Source: Spirochaetia bacterium
GTDB lineage: Bacteria > Spirochaetota > UBA4802 > UBA5550
Assembly: GCA_009885955.1 (NCBI GenBank)
Contig: VFJS01000042.1
Span: 4,623 to 68,622, forward strand
Direction of reading: 5' to 3'
DNA length: 64,000 bases
Position numbers and translations under genes: made by a program. The notes beneath the pieces are model-generated. The model had not been told where the DNA came from. It did not search any database and saw nothing but the letters and a program-made list of their open reading frames with translations. This document shows, in pieces, positions 61,182 through 64,000 of the stretch; the first letter of the stretch is position 1, and every line of letters starts with the position of its first letter.

Positions 61182-63299
61182 ATGGGTCTTCTATCAAAAG
61201 CTTTGCGATACAGAGAAAACCGTAAAGGGGTTGATGATGAGGGAGACAAAAAAGATTCTGCCGGTGATTCAGATTTAAAACTGAAATCCGAGGATGAGAA
61301 GGATCTGGTAAATACAGGTGGTTCATGGAATGATGATGCAGGAAACCATCAAATTGCAGATGATAAATCTTTCGAAGTTATTGATCAGGATGATATTAAA
61401 AAAGCCGTGAGTGATAATACGGCGTTTACAGGAGACCGGGGTGAGATAACAGATGGTACACTAAAGCTTGTGGAAAGCCCCATATTTAATGAAGAAATTA
61501 AAATCCTTGATCATGTGGAGTATGTCACAGAACATAATACAATAGAAGATAAAAATGGCAGGATTGAAGGGACTGCCGGTATAACCAATAAGGTACATGA
61601 AGCTCCCGGCCTGGAAAAAACCGGCGGTACTGGAGATCCCAACCCGACGGCAGAAAATGTGGCATCACAGATTAACAGGAAGATAGAAACAATGGAAAAA
61701 GGAACCGACAGCAGGGCAGATGTGAAACAGGGATTAAATAAAAAAAATATTAATTCTGACTTTGCCGGTATTGAGAAGGTATCTGCATATGACTCTGAGG
61801 CAGATGCAATTGATGATTCATTTTCTGAGGATGTTTCCGGGGATGAGCTGAAGTTCAGCGATTTCATGCTGCTCTATGAAATCCAGAAAGAGATTGCCAG
61901 GGCGAATACCAATGATGAATTATACGATGCAATTCTATTTTCACTCATGGGGCAAATAGGCGCATCTTCATCATCCATAATGGTGAGGTCCGGCAATAAT
62001 GTGCATAAATGGGTTATCGTAAAATCCATTGGTGTAACTATAAACAATGAAGATTTATACTTTAATCCATCAGGTGGAATCCTAAAGGAGCTCTTTAACA
62101 GGAAGAAAATAATTGATATCGATGAATTTAAGAATAATCTGGAATTAATTGATGACTACTATAAATATATCTCAATTGATGCAAAAATTCTTGTCCCATT
62201 AATTCAGGGGTATGAAATTATCGGCACTGTAATTCTCGGAGAGAAACTTGATTCAGGAGATTACACCGATGAGGACAGGGAGTTCCTCAATTTTGTCGGT
62301 GAGGTTTCGGCAATTGCCCTGAATAATATAAATACGATGGAAATGATTATGAAAGTCAATGAAAATCTCAGCAGAGATTTCGGATATATAAGGGATGTTG
62401 ACAGGTTTAAAAAGAAGATCTTCAGTAACATGAACCTGTCCAGGGCTGAAACTGATCTTGCCTCAGAGTTTGACGGAATGGGGATCACTGGTTACGCTGT
62501 CTTTGTTAAAAATCAGGATGATAAGACATTCACCCCCCTTTTTATAGATAAAATTGATAATCTGAAAATAAGGGAAACAGGAATCACCTTCACCGAAAAA
62601 AGCAGTTTTATTAAATATATGAACAAGACTGAAATTCCGGTAGTAATTTTTAATCCGAAGGAATCGGATTTGATAAATGAAATTTTTAAAGTTGAACAGT
62701 TATTAAGAATTTCAATATTCAGGATATTTCCCTTTATCATGGGAAATAATGTATATGGATTTATATTGGTCTATAAAATTTCCGAAAGTGCTGTACTCGA
62801 TGAAATCGATAAGAAACTTTCGAGAATCTCGGAATTTTTATTCACACATACACAGAACATACAGCACTTTAATATAAGGCAGTCAAATTATATAGATACA
62901 GTAGAGATTCTTTTCAAGAGAATAGAAGAGGAGATCCTTAACGTTAAAAGCCTGGGAATACCTCTGACTATTGTCATGTTATCTGTTAAAAATTACAAGA
63001 GGTACTACGGTCTTTTCGGCAGCAGTGCCTACCAGAAGCTTGTAGACGGCCTTGAATCTGTTATTAGAAGAAGGATTTCGGACAGTGATTTTTCAATAAG
63101 GTACAGCAGGCAAAAAATACTTCTTGTCCTCCCCGGCAAAGACAAAAAATATGCCGCGCCCATGGCAAATTCCATAATTAATGAAATAACGGGAGCGTTC
63201 AACAGCAGGGAGATACAGTTGCTCATTACATCTCTGTCTGCTGAATATCCTGCAGATGGCAATGACCTGAACAGCCTTATTGATATTGTAGATTATTGA
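61182..63299 (+). CDS. GAF-domain protein with degenerate GGDEF-like C-terminus
   Basis: GAF (LVPL...IGTVILG....DYT..D..FL); C-terminal NYKRY...DFSIRYSRQKILLVLP. Confidence 0.75.
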   Translation: MGLLSKALRYRENRKGVDDEGDKKDSAGDSDLKLKSEDEKDLVNTGGSWNDDAGNHQIADDKSFEVIDQDDIKKAVSDNTAFTGDRGEITDGTLKLVESPIFNEEIKILDHVEYVTEHNTIEDKNGRIEGTAGITNKVHEAPGLEKTGGTGDPNPTAENVASQINRKIETMEKGTDSRADVKQGLNKKNINSDFAGIEKVSAYDSEADAIDDSFSEDVSGDELKFSDFMLLYEIQKEIARANTNDELYDAILFSLMGQIGASSSSIMVRSGNNVHKWVIVKSIGVTINNEDLYFNPSGGILKELFNRKKIIDIDEFKNNLELIDDYYKYISIDAKILVPLIQGYEIIGTVILGEKLDSGDYTDEDREFLNFVGEVSAIALNNINTMEMIMKVNENLSRDFGYIRDVDRFKKKIFSNMNLSRAETDLASEFDGMGITGYAVFVKNQDDKTFTPLFIDKIDNLKIRETGITFTEKSSFIKYMNKTEIPVVIFNPKESDLINEIFKVEQLLRISIFRIFPFIMGNNVYGFILVYKISESAVLDEIDKKLSRISEFLFTHTQNIQHFNIRQSNYIDTVEILFKRIEEEILNVKSLGIPLTIVMLSVKNYKRYYGLFGSSAYQKLVDGLESVIRRRISDSDFSIRYSRQKILLVLPGKDKKYAAPMANSIINEITGAFNSREIQLLITSLSAEYPADGNDLNSLIDIVDY

Positions 63300-63308
63300 G
63301 AAACACCA

Positions 63309-64000
63309 GTGACGCTAAACCCCGGAGATTTTACTCTGGTTCATGGGGGGTGCTATTTTATCGGCATACCTTCGCAGGCATTGGAAAAACTTCACCCGGC
63401 AATTCACGGCAGTTCCATTAAAAAAGAATATCTGCAAACCTCCTCACCCCGGCATGAGATCAATATTAACGACGTTTGCATATCACAGAGGCTTGTGACA
63501 TGCTCGGATTTCGGGGATTTCTCAATAGAAACCGGCTATAAAACAGAGGCGGAAGCAGATGGCTGGGGCTGGGTATGGGAGAGGGGATGGGAGAAAAGAA
63601 AAGGAGCAAACTGGAAAAATCCTTTCGGATGCAATCGGGATGATATGTACAGGGAGGGGGGAAGGTATATTCCCGTTTTACAAATAACATGGAATGATTC
63701 AATGGAATATTGCAGATGGCTTTCAGGAAAATCAGGCAGGAATGTGCGGCTTCCCGGTGAAGGGGAATGGGAAGTATTTGCCGGTATGTGCGGCGCAGGT
63801 AATATTGACACCTTGATTGAATTGGATAAAGAAATGATAGGAGAGAAAAAAATAGGGGAAGATTATTTTTTTTTGGAAGTCAAACGATTCAATCCATTTA
63901 TTTTGCCAGGGCTCATTTGGGAATGGACCATGGACTGGTTTAATGCTTATCCCGGCGGGGAACCCCACAGGGATTTTGGCCTTGTCTACAAGGTCCTCAG
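63309..64000 (+). CDS. FGE-sulfatase (SUMF1-like) domain protein, 3'-partial
   Basis: Not in the ORF track; GTG 63309 frame is open to the window end: TGYKTEAE, PVLQITWND..EYC.WL, RLPGEGEWE, GLIWEWT.DW. Confidence 0.85.
   Translation, partial: MTLNPGDFTLVHGGCYFIGIPSQALEKLHPAIHGSSIKKEYLQTSSPRHEININDVCISQRLVTCSDFGDFSIETGYKTEAEADGWGWVWERGWEKRKGANWKNPFGCNRDDMYREGGRYIPVLQITWNDSMEYCRWLSGKSGRNVRLPGEGEWEVFAGMCGAGNIDTLIELDKEMIGEKKIGEDYFFLEVKRFNPFILPGLIWEWTMDWFNAYPGGEPHRDFGLVYKVL

Noticed and set aside
63309..64000. DGR target gene (FGE/C-lectin fold)
   Set aside because: No reverse transcriptase or template repeat in the window; the C-terminus lies outside it.

Overview
Bacterial chromosomal window, mostly core genes on the + strand. 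Gene content (many lipoproteins, hpf-hprK-ptsH, F-type ATP synthase) suggests Spirochaetota; this is an inference. In order: REC-PP2C regulator; SH3 lipoprotein; a chemotaxis operon (cheA-STAS-cheY-cheW-cheD-cheR-cheD-cheB); TolC; hpf-hprK-ptsH-ntrY/ntrX-like-UDG-like-priA; a diguanylate cyclase; PBP1A-M23-XRE-two CNNM genes; HIT; a 2.5-kb AT-rich accessory island; kinase-USP, CDF transporter, rubrerythrin; leuA with a Leu-leader attenuator; metallophosphoesterase, omptin, pfkA; two unknown genes; VOC, recA, map, PpiC chaperone; an F1Fo operon (atpBEFHAGDC plus an upstream atpZ/I-like gene); an acidic hypothetical protein, a GAF/degenerate-GGDEF protein and a partial FGE-sulfatase-domain gene. 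Best leads: (1) the island at 30044-32582 is bracketed by a 128-bp direct repeat of the 5' end of the HIT gene and holds a lipoprotein frameshifted at a (TC)9 tract, an IS200 relic, TA genes behind a duplicated hairpin+promoter module, and a nucleotidyltransferase cut at the repeat junction; (2) unusual domain architectures: MshEN-like motifs in CheA, an ~80-aa insertion inside a GGDEF domain, HPF with two C-terminal domains, RecA with a (K/R-x-x)17 tail; (3) a family of nested palindromic repeats and an unexplained ~110-bp dispersed repeat. No rRNA, tRNA, CRISPR array, integrase or reverse transcriptase was seen. All calls are from motif reading by eye, with no database searches.
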